Of a stretch of 64,000 bases of DNA, positions 12,876-27,712 are shown piece by piece; position 1 is the first letter of the stretch, and the number at the start of each line of letters is the position of its first letter. Source of the stretch: Dicyema japonicum (lineage: Eukaryota; Animalia; Dicyemida); assembly GCA_011109175.1 (NCBI GenBank), contig RDEW01000013.1:1260350-1324349 (forward strand), written 5' to 3'. The notes under the pieces were generated by a model, which was not told the DNA's origin, searched no databases, and worked only from the letters and a program-made list of their open reading frames with translations. The position numbers and the translations under genes are program-made.

Positions 12876-15800
12876 TTACCCGATTATTGATTTGGCGGTA
12901 ATTTTAGACAATATCTGGTGGATATGAGGAGGCTGAGTTGTTGCATCGATAATAGAAGATGTAATTATTTCATAACACTTTAGATTAACACTCCGTCATA
13001 GCAAAGTATGAATACCCCAATTATGATTCGATTGATTTATGGCTATTAGTGAGCCCACATTACATAGACTGGGGTTACTTTGTATATATTTGTTACTACA
13101 CAACTGACATTATTTGGTCAAAATAGAAGACTTCAGTACATAAAATTGTCAGTTTGATGACAGGGCTGTGAGAACTGAGGATTATTCTGCGTTTATCAAC
13201 TAGTTAAGTATTTAAGGAGTAGAATTGTCTAAAACGATCTGACCCATATAGATTTTGTTACTCACTTCAGGCTGCTCTGGGCTTATTCATTGATGTCCTT
13301 ACAATACTTGTGGTCAACTATGGGGACGTTGAAACCTCAACCTTAGAGATCTACTTGATGATGACTTACTTCTGGATAGACCTCTTTTTCAATGTGACAT
13401 ATTTGCATGTTAACAGAAGATGCAAAGCCTTATCCAGAATGTGAGGGTTGAACGAAGTAATAGTAATATCAAAGTATCATAACATTTTCGCTCCCTCTTT
13501 GACTCCTTCTGCGTAGTTAATGTATGTATAAATAAAATGAGACTCTGGGTTACCATACGTTTCCAAATTTGCTTCACTAGGCGTCTCCATCGATGTCTGC
13601 TTGCGCATCTGTCCGTAGATCTTCTAGGTCTTCTGCAGATATAAGATTTCTTCCAATTCCATTAAGCTCCTTCTTTTGATCATGGGAGGATGCTTCTAGG
13701 TTTTCCTCTGAACGATGGTTCGTTTCATTGTTAAAGTAATTGTACATTATTGTATTTGCAAAGGGCGTTTATGTCTTTTCTAATCACGTGCCCAAACAAT
13801 CTCCATCTTGTTTCAATAATGTCGATGCTTACAATTTCTTATTGAAATCTTCTTGGGCCAACCTAGACCCATTAAATTACGTAATTGTTTTTGATGAAAT
13901 ATTTCCATTTTCTTGAGCTCTAGCTCTGTGACCTTCTATCTACCCGAGTTGTACATAAGCACTGGTTTTATGCGTTGTATTGTCTATCTCTTAGAATTGT
14001 TTTTTATTAGTTTTCGTCGACTCCACGTCTTCTGCATTTTCTTATACATGGCAGTGGCTAGAACTCTTCTATACATAATGTCCTCACTATTACAAGTAAG
14101 GATCCAATTTCTTTTTTCCTTCAATTTTCATCAATATATTTTAATTCCCTTGTAATTCTTATGTGTTCAGTCTTTTCCTGATAAACTAGCAGAGACCAAT
14201 TCTTAAATTCTTTAGGGCTTATCTCTAAAGCAAGTCCAAGTTCCAGATCATTTTCTGATATAAAATCTATGTCATCGGCAAACATTTTGTTTTAAGAGCT
14301 CTCAATGCCGCTTCCAGGTATTCGACGAATTACCATCTTCTTTATGTACTCAAAAATGCATTATGTTGGAAAGGAATTAGTTTACTAGACCATATGAACC
14401 AGTCTTTATTAAACACGTATATATTACTATTATTACTATTATTATTAAACCTAGGATCCATAATATTTACCACCTCCCAAATACCAAGATTCAAGATTAC
14501 TCAATTGGTCTCATTGCTTGGTCACTTTCATTCATTAAATATCGAAACACGTTTCTTTATCGCTCGCTGTGTTCACCTTCCATTATAGCAAGGACTAACT
14601 GAAATGTCATATATGATCTATCTTATGACGACGACTCGATCATCATTGCTCTATCGTACCCTATTACTATGAAGCAGACCTTGTTAGCTATAAAAAGGCA
14701 AAAGAGGAAGTTTTGAGACAAAAATGGAAAAATCCTTAAATTAATAATCAATAAATAGATTACTTCACAGATATAAATGGCCTTTTTTGTACTCCATTTA
14801 TTGTCGACTGACAAGAAATTAATCCCAAAGGATTTATCTGGGACAACAAATTCTACTTTAAATGTGGAAATCTTAACCTCATCCTAAAACAGACGTATCT
14901 TGAGAACCTTCAATGATCTTTAAAAAACACGGAAATCCCATCTATAGCTAAAGACCATAGCTGCATCAAAAATAAAACGACTTTATGTCTAGGCTATGGA
15001 CTCTCGAAGAGAACAAGATACAGACCTGAGATTATTGGTACTGAACTATTACTCTCGGTGGTTTCAGAACATCTCTGGCAATAGCCACGGCCATATTCGA
15101 AGTCTCAAATGCAATTGAACGAAACAGAAGTGGTCTTCCAAACATGTTATAATTTTTAGCATTGAATATCAATTTGTCATTTTTGATTCAATCAGTTCTT
15201 GTAATTTTTTTCTGAATCAACCTGGATGATAATCATGGATTTATAAATAAATCAAATTTTTTTTATATCATTAAACTATATTATTCTGAACTTGTTATTG
15301 GATTGATAGAATATTATCAATATTAGCTAATAATGAAAAGATTAAACGGACAGTATATGAAAGGCTGAGTGTGCGAAGATTTATGTAAAAAATCCCTATT
15401 TTTGGAATTACTATCGGAAGATAATGTGTCCGAAGTCGGATGCAAAATGTTGTGTGCAAATACATTTAAATACTCCGACGAGGAATATTCTCAAGAAATT
15501 TAGACGCCTGACTCTCTCAGAAGCAATTTGTTCATATAATTGATCTTGAATATCTCGAGAAAGAATTTCAGCAACAATTATGTCGACAGGGATCAAAACT
15601 ATATAATTTAATTGGGATAATGCTCAGGTAATTCATAAATCTAAGGAAACCTATCCGTTTTAAAACCATTATATTCGATTCATTTCTCATCGTTTTTTAA
15701 ATGAAATTATTCTTTCCAAGTCAAGAGTAGAGATGTGTGATTCAATTAGCCAACCAGGATATTATTTTAATCATAATAAATTTGAATTAACACCAAGTTT

Positions 15801-18800
15801 ATTTTCGAAAAAAACCGTTTAAGTTAGTAAAATGTTAGTTACTCCGCAAAATCCCATTACATTGTACTTATCCTTAATGCCACTGCAGTCTGAAATAACA
15901 TTATTAATTACATGTTTCACTTATCTGCTTGCTGTGTAGTCTAAATAGTTTACTTTCGAACATATACATGGTATTATTTTGGATACGCATGGAATAATTA
16001 GGTAGATCTTCTGCATACCTATGATAAATATAATATCATACGCCTGTGCATTATCGAATGAATCCTTGCACATGATGATACTATATTATTATTAAAAATA
16101 CTCAAATATTTCAACAAAAACGGAACTAATTCTAAATTCTTGAATAACTTGTATTCTATATGGAAACGAACTACATAAATTTTGAAAAAAGTGTACAGAT
16201 CTCTAAGTGATGTTAAATGTAGAGCAAAATCGATTGCGACGTATACAAGGGAATTACACTTTTTTAAACTTCTATTAATTTAATAACATATATACAAGTA
16301 ATAAATGGTAGATGAAAAAGTAAGTTTGTCTACATATTTAAACTTTCATCTTTTTTACAGAAACTATAATAAGTAATATTTAATACAATTGAAGCACATC
16401 CAGTTCAATAATAGAAAAATTACCAGGTACATATATAATGTTTTGAATTACTAATCTTCTAAAATGAGAATAATTGAGTAGACCATAAATTTTACAATTA
16501 CGCAAAAATCTAAATAATTAATATTTAATACAGTTCTCCCACTGATCTATCTTTTCGTTTAGACAATTTTTCTGTGTCAAAATGCACAATGGAAGGTATA
16601 AGATTATGAAATTGAACATCCATAAAATTAAATACCAAAATGATGAATAAACTAGTAACCACAAGAAATTAAAATTATTACATAAATTACAGTCGTTATA
16701 ATTAATAATAATTTATTAAATAATCTATTTAATTAATAAAATTAAAATATAATTTAATAAAATTCACTTAATATACAGGGTTTATCGATTTGTATAATAC
16801 CTTTACCATGAAGATTGAAACTTTGCCAAAATTTCTAAACTCTGCCAAAATTTTTAATAACTTTGTCAAAATGTTCAAAAATTGTGTCATAAATATTAAT
16901 AACTTTTGAATAATGATCAATAAAAAATGCGAAAATCATTTTTAGTTAATTCTGAAAAAAGACTATAATTGTTGTATACAAGGACAGTTTAAGGATTATA
17001 CGAATTCTATTTACAATCACGGAATTCGAAGTATGTTATGTCTCAAAGCGCACTGCAAATTTAAAACGCCGATTGGCACTCCAGAAGTTTATTCAATATA
17101 ATCAATTCTCTTGTGTTAATTTGGAAGCTATTCTTTGTTATCCAAGAGCTAAAAATTTTTCTATTTCTAAGATATGCGGATGAACTGATTTTGTTTTTAA
17201 AGATATCAATAATATCAGCATTGTTCTTAAACATGATGCTGTGGGAGAGTTGTCCCTGAATTAAACGAACAAAAGACCGACTTATTATAATCAAATTGGT
17301 ATGATGAGATTTAGAGGATATCAAAAAAGTAATGTTTTTGCTTGACGATTTGTAAGAGATTCAACGAAGAAAGATAATTATAAAATAGCACTGAATAGAC
17401 AAAAATTGTTAATTCTGAGATCGTTCATGTTACAAGATATGTAAAAGAAAGACTTTACAATACATTCGTCCTTTCCATACTACTCTACATTTCGGGAACG
17501 TGGGAACTAATTCCGACATGTTTTGATAACATAAATGCGTGAAAGATTGATTCATTGGGGAAATCACTGAGAATGTTGTTAAAAGTAAATCGATTTCCCT
17601 ACAGTAAAATTAGGTCATATTTCTTTTTGATAGTAAAATTAGGTCAACCGTTGAAGTGATTATATATATTATTTGATGACAATAAATGCATTGTGTCATA
17701 TTTTTATTCTGAATCAAACGTGGATCTATTAATGGATACACTCCCTACTCTTATTCTTTGTAACTATCAGGAACCCTGGAAGTTTGGACATTGTCTCAAA
17801 CGACTAGCAGTTATTCAACGAATGCTTTGTTGAGTTTTTATCCATTTAACAAAATTAAAAATTTTCTGACTATGAATATGTGAATAGCAGCCTTGTTCGG
17901 TCTTGACCTTAAAGTTTGTGATAATCACAAATTCTGTTGTACACATTGGATTGGTCTATGTGATTATCATCCCTTGTCACGTATGCTAATTTATGGCTAT
18001 TCCCCGGCATGTGGTCTGAACTTGACTTAAAAAATGCACTTTCCTCTGTCAGCCTTACTAGTTTCTCCCTTTGAGAGAACGATATTCCCATTCGCTAATG
18101 ATCGAAACATGGATTGGATACAACCTGTGTTAAAATATACCCTACAAAAAATTTGGATGCTTCAACCTAGGATCAATTCCATGCTATTATGAACCCGAGG
18201 ATCATTGGGGTCACAAGGATCTAGTGGGACTGATAGTTTGGAGATCTTATTTTGTAAGATGAACTATTCTGACCATTTAAGTTGTTCTATATAAAAATTA
18301 ATTTTACTTATCCAAGTTATCATTGCGTAATCAACAATTAAAAATAGCTGTGATTAGACTGCAAGGAGAATCCTTCATCGAGTTAATTTGACACTTTCAG
18401 TGAATGTTTCTGAATCTTCTATTTCCAGCGAACCTATATGCGCTAAGAAAAAAATGTCAAATTGGGATTATTCTATGAATAGCTTTTTTCGTTGATTTTT
18501 ATGAAGATTGCTGTCGACTTGTTATCGAAAACATTATCTTTTATGACTGACTTCTTGTACAAGGTATATTTACTCTTTTTAATATTTAGTTCCAGAACGG
18601 GTCTATTATTTGTGTATGTCTGACCAAGTCCTTTTTAAGTAATCTAGATTGTTGAGTCATGTGAAAAATAGGAAAATTCAAAGTCATCCACAGAACAATA
18701 CGATTATTTTTACAGAAAAATGTGAGAGTTTTCTCTACCATCGGAAAATGCTATTGGTGCCTTCTTGTCCTCTTCAATTCATCCAAGCCATTGGTGGATA

Positions 18801-18952
18801 CAGTCCTCAACTTATATTCAGGACGAAATGCATTTCTGTAACCATTTAGATGAAAATTTAAAAAATTTTTGTCTCATCCAAAAAATAGTACGAATCAGAG
18901 AGCATTTGACTTGCTTCTTTTACAAGGAAAATTAATCTTATGAAGGACATCG
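12876..18952 (+). repeat. Segmental duplication, copy 1 (pairs with 30941-37401)
   Basis: Collinear from TTACCCGATTATTGATTTGGCGG to GAAGGACATCG in both copies, at roughly 90% identity by eye. Copy 2 has ~300 bp (~36684-36990) absent here. Confidence 0.95.
13450..14400 (-). mobile_element. RTE-clade LINE RT remnant inside the duplicated block
   Basis: Manual translation gives EYLEAALRAL, FADDIDFISE and LFGHVIRKD. Same family as 47373-47774 (EAAMREL...YADDVDLISE). Confidence 0.7.
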
Positions 18953-19883
18953 TTACCATAAGAAGACTCCACACCTTCAATCATCGAGTTAATGTTTAAA
19001 TGGGACAGATGCACTTGCTGGACGACGAATCGATAAGGATTATATATTAATTTTTTTAATTTGCTAACGAAATTAAAAATTAATAATTTTCGTTTAATTA
19101 TTAACTTTTTGATTCATGTCCTCAGTAAGGTCTTCTATACGAAGGAATAAGCACGATTCTTCAAGTTCTGTCAAGAGCCAGAAAATCACTATGTTCATCC
19201 GAATTACCATCTGAAAATGAACATTCATTTCTCAGCCATACATTCCTTTTAAATCTTCTGATCTCTGAATGGCTGAGCTCTGGCCAAATCTATAGTAGTG
19301 GATAAATTATAAATCACACTCGCATGATTTTAATTCCAATGGAAATTTTCAAATTGAGAATGGAACGTGTATTGGTTATTTGATTTGTGATGACTTATCT
19401 TTAAATGTTATTTAAGAACAGACAATTGTGCACATATCTCTTAATGTGTCTAAACATTCACAGATTCGACTTCATCAGCAACAAGACTTCGACCCTCTCT
19501 GGTGGAATGGCGCTGTCAAATTTATATAATACTTATTTATTCAGTTTTCACTGTTGGGAAGAACACATTGAATAAATTCACTTAATTTCTTATTTATAAC
19601 TTATATCATAATCAACTCTCAAAATTAATATCCGATATCGTTACAACTAGAGATATCCTAGCTCATATAAAATAACCTAAAAAAGTATTTCTTACCATGT
19701 AAGTGTGTATCATCAACGTAAATACCTGTGAAATTGTTCTATCCTTAATAGATTAGTGGTGTGTCTTAGTTTTAAACTAAGAAATTTCAGTCTGAATCAG
19801 TGGAGTGTAATAAGTGCAAAACTAACTATAAATGCTTGACAAAATATATGTATTTTTGAATTATAATCTTATGTTGCCCATTC

Positions 19884-20000
19884 CGGGAAGATTCCACGCA
19901 TCAACAATGCTTATTGGTTATTGAATGACGTCGTCATCAGTGATACTTTACTGGCGTACTGGATTGTTTACGGGCACATTACTCAACAAAAGGAAAAAAA
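19884..20000 (+). mobile_element. Headless, diverged copy of the tRNA-derived SINE body
   Basis: TTCCACGCATC...GACGTCGTCATCAGTGATACT...CTGGATTGTTTA aligns to 42210-42300 and 58190-58270 and ends in an A-rich tail. Confidence 0.7.
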
Positions 20001-20389
20001 GTTAAGACAACCCTTTCAGCGCTTTTTTACCATAAATGTTTTTACACTAAAATAAACTTTGTCTACTCATCGATTTACATGAAAGTGCTGTTTAGTCATA
20101 ATAAAATTGGTCGGTGAATTGAGGTGCTATATACCTCTTTAGCACATAATGTCCACTAACATCATGATAGATTAAAGTTTCTGTTTTCTATTAGTGAACA
20201 TAGACGAGTGATGCACTAGGGGTGATTCACTTGTAACGATTCCACCATAGGTATTATTCACAATGAAAAATAAACTTTGAATTTAAAAGGAGGATAACCT
20301 TGATGAGATGATGACATCTAAATTGAGTCCTTATTGAGTTTGAATGTTCATGAGATTAAAAGTCTCGGAGGTGATTAAAAGTCTCGGAG

Positions 20390-21715
20390 CAGAGGTCCCC
20401 AACCTAAATTTCGCGAAGTTCCAAAATCGTTTCACATGGACTGGGGACATGGATTGCCGTCTATTACTTTGTGTTGTTTGCGGTGAAAAACTTGTGAATA
20501 GTTCTATGGCTCCAACAAAACTTAGATCTTATATCTCAACAAGCACCAAGAGCTTTCAACGAAAAAAACGGAAATTGGACCAGAATAAAGTTCAACCATC
20601 CTGTTTTACAAAAAAAATTCAAAATAAACGAAAAGCACTGAATGCTAGTTATGCTGTTGCTGAAATTACTGCTAAAAATATGAAATCGCATACTCTCGCC
20701 GAAGCTGTTATTTTGCCTGCATGCGAAAAAAATAGTCAAGAAAATGTTCGGAAAAATTGCTGCCGCTGAGTTCGACTTAATTTTTATTTTTAATAATTAC
20801 GTGAGCAGACGCATCAAGGATATGTCTGACATTGAAACCACTTGGGTTCGGCAATACAAAAATCTGTGTTTTTTATGCTTCAAATGGATAAAAGCTTAGA
20901 TATTACACATAGAATGCAACTCCATGTTTTCGTCGATGTATAAACGATGTTAAAGATTTTCTTTGCTGCAAAGAGTATCTCGGAACATAAAGGGATATGA
21001 CATTTTTAATCTTATAAATTCATATTTTAAGGATATAAAGTCGGATTGGAATGCATGTGTAAATATCTGCATTGATGGTGCTCTAGCAATGACTAGGCAA
21101 TTTAAAGGCTTCGTTTCTATTGCGAAAAATAAGAATCCGAACATTATTCACACGCATTGTTTTCTTCATCGCGAGGCATTGGTCGCCAAAACCATTGGGC
21201 ATGAACTTAAATGTGCTTTGAACATGATTGTAAGAATAATTAATTACATCAAAATGAGGCCGTTCAAATTGCGACAGTTCTCGAAACTTTGAAAATGCAT
21301 TCACTAAGGATTTTGCATACTGAAGTAAGATGGCTCTCAACGTGAAAAATGTAATATTGATGTTGATTCATTTTTGCTGATTGTCAAAAAAATCTTATTT
21401 TAGCAACAAAGTTATAAAAGTTTTTGTTCAGTTTTCAACGACTTATCTCTGTGAAAGCGGATTTTCTGCATTAACAAATTAAGGAATAAAAAACGCACGA
21501 ATCTATTGTATGTGGACGAAGACTTGCGTTTATCCCTGACAAGGAAAAGACCAAATATTGCAGAGCTATACAAGAGACATCTGCCTTAACCATCTCACTA
21601 ACTAACATTTATTTTTTTATATTGGCAAAATACTGTTAAAAAGTATATAAGGGTTCCGTACAAAATGAAAAATGTCGATAGGGTTCCGTGCTGTCATAAA
21701 GGTTGGGAACTACTG
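20390..21715 (+). mobile_element. Internally deleted hAT transposon (Buster/Charlie, ZBED8-like) with both TIRs
   Basis: Left TIR CAGAGGTCCCCAACCT (20390); right TIR AGGTTGGGAACTACTG (to 21715). Transposase motifs CVVCGEKL.NSSMAPTKL, KSHTLAE..ILPA, HCFLHREALVAK and HTEVRWLS. No matching 8-bp TSD seen. Confidence 0.85.
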
Positions 21716-21719
21716 GGTT

Positions 21720-23612
21720 AGCCTTTCACAAATGGTTTCGCACATGGGACCTCAAAGAGTTAAGGAGGACAAAGGTGGAGTTAGATGGGCAATAATGGTG
21801 TATAAAAGGTATGTTCGATTTCCGCAAAAAGTTTGAGGCGGTAGTGAGTCATCTTGATTGGAAAACGACCTGGTCGATAAAGTTTATAATTTCTTTATAA
21901 AAATATGCACTTCATTACACGAGTTTATGTGTCTTGTATTACAGAAAAGCATCACTAACTCGGAAACGATTCTGTTTGGGCTGCACGGGACAACATATTT
22001 GAACCCAAAGCTAGACAACATTGCAGATTATCGACCGATAACCTGCATGCCAACCCTGTAAACTGATGACCAATTTGGTGGCTAATGAGGTCAGGAGCTT
22101 TGCAAAAGCGAATGGGATTCTCTCCAGAATCATTGGGTACTGTGCGAAATTGTCAGGGGGCAAAAGAGCAGACTTTGATCAACATGTGCCTCTCTGTATC
22201 TCATGGAAACTCACTTTCGACTATGTGGGTGGATGTGAAGAAGGCTTACGATTCAGTTGATCACTCTTTCCTTGTCGAATGCCTACACAGTCTGTGTATA
22301 TATGTGTGGCTCATCAGCTTTGTAGTGACTGTGATGAATAGGTGGAGTATTCATTTGAACTATAATTGGAACCGGATAGGCGAGTTAAAACTCGAGAGGG
22401 GATCCTTCAGGGGATATCATGTCTCCGCTGCTCTTTGTTCTCTGTTTGGAACCATTGAGTCGCCGCCTCAATGACCGGTTTGAACAAATTCCAATTCATT
22501 GTGAAGGGGTTGTTTCAGTACAAATCACCTTCTTTTTATCGATGACTGAAGATGTATGCTCGAACAGCCGAGGAGCTCTACTCCATGGGGGTCTGTGCCA
22601 GGGAATTCTTTGAGAGTATAGCTAGATTTGAATTATTCAAAGTCTGCGACTAACACGCAAGTATGTAGCGAGTTAGTAAGAGTCCTAGAGGAACACGAAG
22701 GATATAAGTATCTGGGTGTTACCGAAACTCCAAAGTTTTTTATAATGCCTGAAACAAAGCGACAAATTACTGAAGGCATCCGTAAAAAAGCAGCGATATT
22801 ATGTAAGACGTCTCTAAATGCTTTGTTCTTAGCATTAAATGAGTATGCTGTCTCGTTGCTAAACTACTACATAAGTGTTGTTGAGTTTGAGCCCAAATAG
22901 TATGATGAGATGGATGTTATGATCCGTGAAGTACTCAGAGAGAACCATGTCCGTGTGCTGGCAGCCAATAAGGAGAGACTATATTTACCCCGTGATAAAT
23001 TCGGCCGTGGACAGTGTGGAGTAGTCCAACTAAGTGAGCGTATCCTAATGCGAATGCACGACACCCTGATAGCTGGGTCAAGTGTGTCTGCTAGGAAGCA
23101 CGCCATCATAACGACTGAGAAAACACGGATAACCAACCCACCAAGGCACTATCAGACTTTTTTTGTCTGCTAAGTATGGTGTTGATGATGGTGAGCTAGT
23201 AAATGGTAAAGCGTTAATCCAATTACAATATAATAATTTAATGGAAAAGATCAACTTATAAAGCCTTCATAAAGTCCTCTTCAGAGCTTTGGACAACCCA
23301 CATGTCGACCTTAAGTAGTATGACTTGCTTGCAAACGAGATGGGACAAATGCTTGGTTGCAAGGTCCTTATTATTTCTAGTAATGACGTGGGAAGGAATT
23401 GCAACAACGTAACACAAGTGTTATCTGAAGCTCTTGGGGGTAGATAGGAAGCTCCAGGCCTATTTACAGTCCACTGTGTTCAAGCGGACCCTAGATAGCC
23501 TTACACTGGACTATAGGAGGCAGAGCCCTGAGATGCCATGTGGGCAGAAGGTTCAATTGGACAAGGCGCTCTCGGAGTTGTTTCAGCAACCAGAATCAAA
23601 CCTGACTGAGGA
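21720..23612 (+). mobile_element. R4/Dong-type (RLE) non-LTR retrotransposon, decayed copy 1
   Basis: DYRPITCMPTL, LGTVRNCQGAKEQ, WVDVKKAYDSVDH, YKYLGVTE and RLYLPRDKFGRG. The zinc-knuckle/RLE region is deleted at ~23317. Confidence 0.85.
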
Positions 23613-23699
23613 AGATGAAATCAGTTTTAGAAAAGAAACTAAACATTCATTAGTCAAGAAACGAATTTAAAAGACAGAATTGGTGGTTTGACCTTAATA

Positions 23700-25900
23700 G
23701 GAGGTACTTTTACAGGAATCTGAATGGAAAACATTAAAAAGCCAAATTTGGCTTTAATGAAAATGAGTGCCTCGCATTCTGGGAGAACATCTTGAATAAA
23801 CAAGACAATGAAGAATAAGTCCATCAATTAAATAAGAACTCTACAGGCTCTGAAGAAATGCATGCTAACTTCACTAAAGAATTCATCCTCGATATGATTA
23901 AAATTTTCCAAACTGGAGAACAGCTGGATGCGATGGAGTGTACAATTTCTTTATTAAGAAATTTACATCAATACATGACTTTTTTGTGAAAAACCGTCAA
24001 GAAAATTAAAGGTAAATAGTGACCTCAACAGTGGTTGTACACGGAAATAACATATTTGATCCCGAAAAAAGTTAATTGTGAGTTTCCAAAAGACTTAGAC
24101 AATTACCTGTATGCCAAATATGTACAAACTGACAACGAAATGTGTAAATAGGAAACTATCAGACTACATTGAGCATATAGACTGATTAGTGACAACCAAC
24201 TGGGAACTCGTAGATTCTGTCAAGGGCCTAAAGAGCAGCACTAATAAATCAGTGTATCAATCAGAAGAACGGGAATAATTTGGCTCTGCCTGGATAGACG
24301 TTACAAATGCTTTTGTTTCCGTAGATAATGATTTCCTGATAAAGTACTTGAGACATCTGGATTACCTTTTGGATCGTTAAATTTATTAAAGCTTGTAACT
24401 AAATGGAAGATTAAATTGACATTTAGTCAGAAAATGATTGGAGTAGTGAAAGTGAAAAAGGGGATCCTACAGGCGACTACTGTCCCTCAGATCTTGTCAT
24501 GTGATGGATGTGTTAAGCAAATAATTAAATGAAAATTTCCGAGAGTTATCATTAACAATCCAGATCGGATGTCACTATATGCGCAATAATTCATCTAATG
24601 TTTATGGAAGATTTAAAATATTTCCCATAAATAGGATACATTGTAAGAATGATAAATCATTACCTGCTTTCTTTGAAGCTGCTGGACTTGAAAAGAATTT
24701 TGATAAGTCAGCAACAAATGTACGAAGTTTATCTTAGGAGGAAAAGTTACTTGATGGACTTGATGGTTACCGCTACATGGGAGTGCTTGAAGATAAGTCA
24801 AGCAGTGTTTTGAAGAATAATGTATTGAAGGCAATTTTTGATACAATGAACAAAGAATAAATAATTTAGTAGATACGAAACTTAACTCTGCTAACATGTT
24901 CAAGACCATCAACGAACATGCACTGTCACTATACAATTACTACATCGGACTTGTCAAATCGATCCAAACGAATTCGAGAACATTGATAAACAAAATACGC
25001 GGGATACTTACAAGTCATCGAATTCATCTGAAACCTTCTAATAAAGAAAGACTTTAAATGCCAAGAACATATTAGGAAGGATTGGTCTCTATACTCATGA
25101 AAGCGAACGTATGCTTTTTCAATTTCTCAGGGATCTGAAGAAAAAATCCTATTGGTGCCCAGAAGACCAGAATTCTACGGGTCATTAAATAAAAAAAACA
25201 CATATGGACACAATCGTAGAATTCCTAACTAAGAAATATAGCATTGAACAACCAGAGAGCCTAAATGTTAAAATTATACAAGGATTACAAAATGAATACC
25301 TAATGGAACAAATAAAAAAAAGTCTTTGCATTCAACTCTCTTTGAATGCTTTCAAGATACGGACATTACGGAATCCTCCACATGGTTAATGCACGGGAAC
25401 AATTCTCTACGATCAGAAGGAACATTGTGTTTGGTGCAAGACCGTAATGTGATTTTTGAAACTGGTGGTGCAAGTTGCAGTCACTGCCACTCTGCAAAGA
25501 AATCAGTTAATCATTTGGCAACCAGATGCGGACGAATGCTTAACAGTGATTATTTGAAGAGACACAATAAAGTGACAAAATGTATTCATCTGCATCTGTG
25601 TCGCTTATTCGGAATCAAGCAGTCGAAGAAATGGAGAACTATTCGTCCAATCTGTAGTATCTAATAAAGCTGTTGATATCAAAGGTGACTCAAATATAAC
25701 TACTGATACAAAGATTACGAACGATAAACCATACATTTTCGTAATGGACAAATTAAGGAGAAAGATAACATTAATTAAAGTTGGAATCGCTTTACAGAAA
25801 AAATTGAAATTAAAAATTCTACAAGTGCGATCTTTTAGCAAGCGAACTTGCTTTATTACACGAAGCTAAATTTAGAATTATCCCGTTGTTAAGTTACAAT
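23700..25900 (+). mobile_element. Second R4/Dong-type RLE non-LTR element (different subfamily), decayed
   Basis: DNQLGTRRFCQGPKEQ (~24190); QDRNVIF...CSHCHSAKKSVNHLATRCGRMLNSDYLKRHNKV (CCHC knuckle plus RHN, ORF 25326-25664); KPYI/PD-type endonuclease remnant at ~25720. Confidence 0.8.
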
Positions 25901-26129
25901 TATCCTTAATTATCCCCTTTGTTAAAAATTAGTAATTTCTATTAGAAAACTAATTATCCCAATGTGTTTAAGCTTTTTAGACCATCATTTTTGCGAAAAA
26001 CCTTTTGACCCATTGACATTAAATACGCTTTTTATACAAAGCTTTGATGAAAAAAAAGTATTTTTGAAAATAGGCTATCTTGTATTGACAAAAAAATGAG
26101 GGAAAGACCGAAAATAGCAAAACTGATAG

Positions 26130-27640
26130 ATAATGCAACTTATCTACATGTATCCAATAATCAAGAGCAGTTCAGAGAGGTGAACCTTGAGGGACACCAT
26201 TCGGCAATAAGCGGGATTTAGATTATATGTTGTCCGAAATCACTTGTCCTCTTCTTCCATTTAGAATATTCGGCAGCCATCTTTTATTGTTTGGATTTAA
26301 AAGAGTGTCAGAAATTTTCTGTATAATAGGGTTGAGGACACGGAGTCGAATGCGAATGCGAACTTTTTGCGGAGAAAAGACAATCAAGTCTTAAGATTGA
26401 AACAACTTTTTGTTGACTCTGAATTCTCTCGAGATATTTTTATGTTTGATTGAGACTTACTATTTCATTAAAATATTCAGGTGGATGTTGCTACATCTCT
26501 GTCCGTGGAAGGCTTTTTCAGAGCCTTCATTGCAACGTCTCAAATATATAATTTCCTCCATGTCAACGTCTCGCATCTATTTTTCGATAGAGAATCAATA
26601 AATGATGTCTATCGCTTCTTAATTGGCTAACTCGTTTAATATGTATATTTTAGGTTTTCGTTATTTGGAAATCGTCATTTAATAATTCCTTTTGCCTCTT
26701 TAATTTATTTCTTTCTCTGATAATTGTTTTTTGTATGAATATTATAAAAGGTATTCCTTGTTTGATGGCATTCCATTGGAATAAATAGTTTTTTTGCTTT
26801 AGTTTCGGTGTTGAATTTCATCATAATAGGGATGTGATCACTTCTTAGTTCATATTTGACAGTCCAGTTGATGAAGGAAAACATTTAATTGAGAACATAA
26901 AGAGAGGTCAGGAGATGTAGGTTTGTCTCCTGTTCAAGTAGTTGTTCTTGTGTTGCTTTTGGTGGTATTCAATATTAAAATTTGCCACAAATTTCTAGCC
27001 AGTAAGTTTCCTCTACTGTCTGGTTTATGACCTTCATGCCATAATTGATGTTTGGTGTTGATGTCACTGCATAGTAGTAAGTTTTTGAGGGTTGAGAAAA
27101 TCTGTAGGTTAAGGTGTTACCAACTAGGACAGGAGCTAGTACGTGGAATATATACATAGGCAAGATTTATAGTTTTCATAGGAATTCTAATATTTATGCC
27201 AATTAGTTCAAATGGTTCATCTTCTGGATAGAATTTTCGGATTTTGATTGAAATATCTTCATATTGAATTCCATTTCTTATTAGTGTCATTGGTACCTCC
27301 ATCAAGCTTAATCTTTCTGTCTTTACGGATAACGGAGTATCCGGAAAGATTGGGATTCGTATGTTTTCTTGTAGCTTTATCTCTTGGACTAGAGCAATGT
27401 CAATTTCATTTCTATTGAATAAGTGGCGGAATTCTAGCACCTTGTTCCGTATTCCGTTAATATTGATCTGGACAAGTTGATTTCAGAGCCTGGCTTGGAT
27501 TCGACATCTTCACACAAAATTAGAATGTACCTGGAAAACCATCCTCCTTCATCGATACGGAAAGCGGTGTTCTTTTTAACATCATGTGATGCAACATCAT
27601 GTTCAAAAAAGGCCAGGAACTAAATTGTAAAAATTGTAAA
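26130..27640 (-). mobile_element. Jockey/I-group LINE remnant (APE endonuclease + RT fragment)
   Basis: VQININGIRNK-VLEFRHLFNRNEIDIALVQEIKL (APE start), ELRSDHIPIM (~26840) and NGVPQGSPL (~26200). Confidence 0.75.
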
Positions 27641-27712
27641 AATTCGTTAAAAATATATGCTGGATTGATGACTTCTGATATAAAACAGTCTGATTTTTAA
27701 TTTTAATTTAAT

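Noticed and set aside
17909-18849. 60-aa and 66-aa ORFs preserved in both duplicate copies (36058-36240, 37097-37297)
   Set aside because: Preservation is expected at this identity. The visible differences include several amino-acid changes, and there is no recognisable motif.
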